The position numbers and the translations under genes were made by a program. A DNA stretch of 63,810 bases, the filler included, from Vicugna vicugna (Eukaryota), in the NCBI GenBank assembly GCA_013265495.1. It is 84 parts of 80 records of this genome, joined end to end, with 100 filler letters (N's around TTAATTAATTAA, not from the genome) between each part and the next. Parts side by side here need not be neighbours in the genome. Positions count along the whole stretch, not along the records: positions 62,945 to 63,648 come from MU060927.1; positions 63,749 to 63,810 come from MU060940.1; 82 more parts are not named here. One strand, given 5' to 3'. Below are positions 62,845-63,810 of this stretch, piece after piece. The stretch's first letter is position 1; every line of letters starts with the position of its first letter. The notes below the pieces were generated by a model. It was not told where the DNA came from, did not search any database, and saw only the letters and a list, made by a program, of their open reading frames with translations.

Positions 62845-62944
62845 NNNNNNNNNNNNNNNNNNNNNNNNNNNNNNNNNNNNNNNNNNNNTTAATTAATTAA
62901 NNNNNNNNNNNNNNNNNNNNNNNNNNNNNNNNNNNNNNNNNNNN

Positions 62945-63648
62945 TATAGAATACAGAAAATAGAATGTATAACACAAAATATAGAATAACGAAAACAGAA
63001 TACAGAACCCACAATTTAGAATATGGAATGCAGAACACAGAATTTAGAGTATATAATACCGAATACTGAATATAAAATTTAGAATATGGAATGTAGAACA
63101 CAGAATATGGAATGTAGAATACGGAAGGCAGAATATNNNNNNNNNNNNNNNNNNNNNNNNNNNNNNNNNNNNNNNNNNNNNNNNNNNNNNNNNNNNNNNN
63201 NNNNNNNNNNNNNNNNNNNNNNNNNNNNNNNNNNNNNNNNNNNNNNNNNNNNNNNNNNNNNNNNNNNNNNNNNNNNNNNNNNNNNNNNNNNNNNNNNNNN
63301 NNNNNNNNNNNNNNNAATATAGAATACAGAATAATGAATATAGGATTTAGAATATACAATGTAGAACCCAGAATACAGAATATAGAATACGGAATGCAGA
63401 ATATATAATACAGAATATAAAATGTAGAACACAGTATATAGAATATAGAATAGAGTATATAGGACCCGAAATTTAGAACATGGAATGCAGAACACTGAAT
63501 TTAGAATATAGAATACAGAATACTAAATATACAATTTAGTATACAGAATGTATAACACAGAATATAGAATATAGGCTACGGAATGGAGAATATAGAAGGA
63601 AGTATATAGAATGAAGTACACAAAATATAGAATATAGAATAGAGAATA
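62945..63648 (-). repeat. Satellite S3, gapped
   Basis: AGAATAT heptamer periodicity. Confidence 0.93.
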
Positions 63649-63748
63649 NNNNNNNNNNNNNNNNNNNNNNNNNNNNNNNNNNNNNNNNNNNNTTAATTAA
63701 TTAANNNNNNNNNNNNNNNNNNNNNNNNNNNNNNNNNNNNNNNNNNNN

Positions 63749-63810
63749 GGGCTCTAAAGCGAAGCATTAGCGAGTGCATCTCTGTAGGCAGTGGAGGGTT
63801 TTAAACTACT
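63749..63810 (-). repeat. Satellite S4 fragment
   Basis: ggctctaaa...attagcgagtgc.tct.t.ggcagtggagg..tttaaactac matches other S4 copies. Confidence 0.75.

Noticed and set aside
62945..63648. Heat-shock elements in GAA-rich S3
   Set aside because: GAA units are direct repeats at 7-bp spacing, not the alternating inverted nGAAn pentamers of an HSE.

Overview
This window is not a contiguous locus. It is an artificial concatenation of about 84 short (roughly 0.06-1.4 kb), gap-ridden unplaced scaffolds from a mammalian genome. They are joined by a fixed 100-bp linker (44 N + TTAATTAATTAA + 44 N, with stop codons in all six frames). The tRNA-derived SINE present points to a camelid (alpaca, llama or camel); that assignment is from recognition, not a search. 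Satellite DNA dominates, and I sort it into five families. S1 is a GC-rich 267-bp monomer. S4 is an older, CpG-poorer relative of S1 with several monomer types. S2 is an AT-rich repeat of three ~247-bp subunits (~740-bp higher-order unit). S5 is a ~248-bp monomer colinear with S2 subunits. S3 is a TTCNNNN heptamer satellite with a 63-bp higher-order period. The rest comprises LINE-1 ORF1/ORF2 relics, ERV1-type LTRs (one solo LTR with a 4-bp TSD, two LTR+PBS copies sharing the same flank), SINE/MIR/L2 relics, a UBE2D2 processed pseudogene and a tandemly duplicated 73-bp ANKRD26/30/36-family exon. I see no intact protein-coding gene, CRISPR array or new multi-gene system. Almost all listed ORFs are N-run or satellite artefacts, and adjacency across linkers has no biological meaning. 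The most interesting signals are the relationships among the satellite families and evidence that non-satellite sequence has been amplified.
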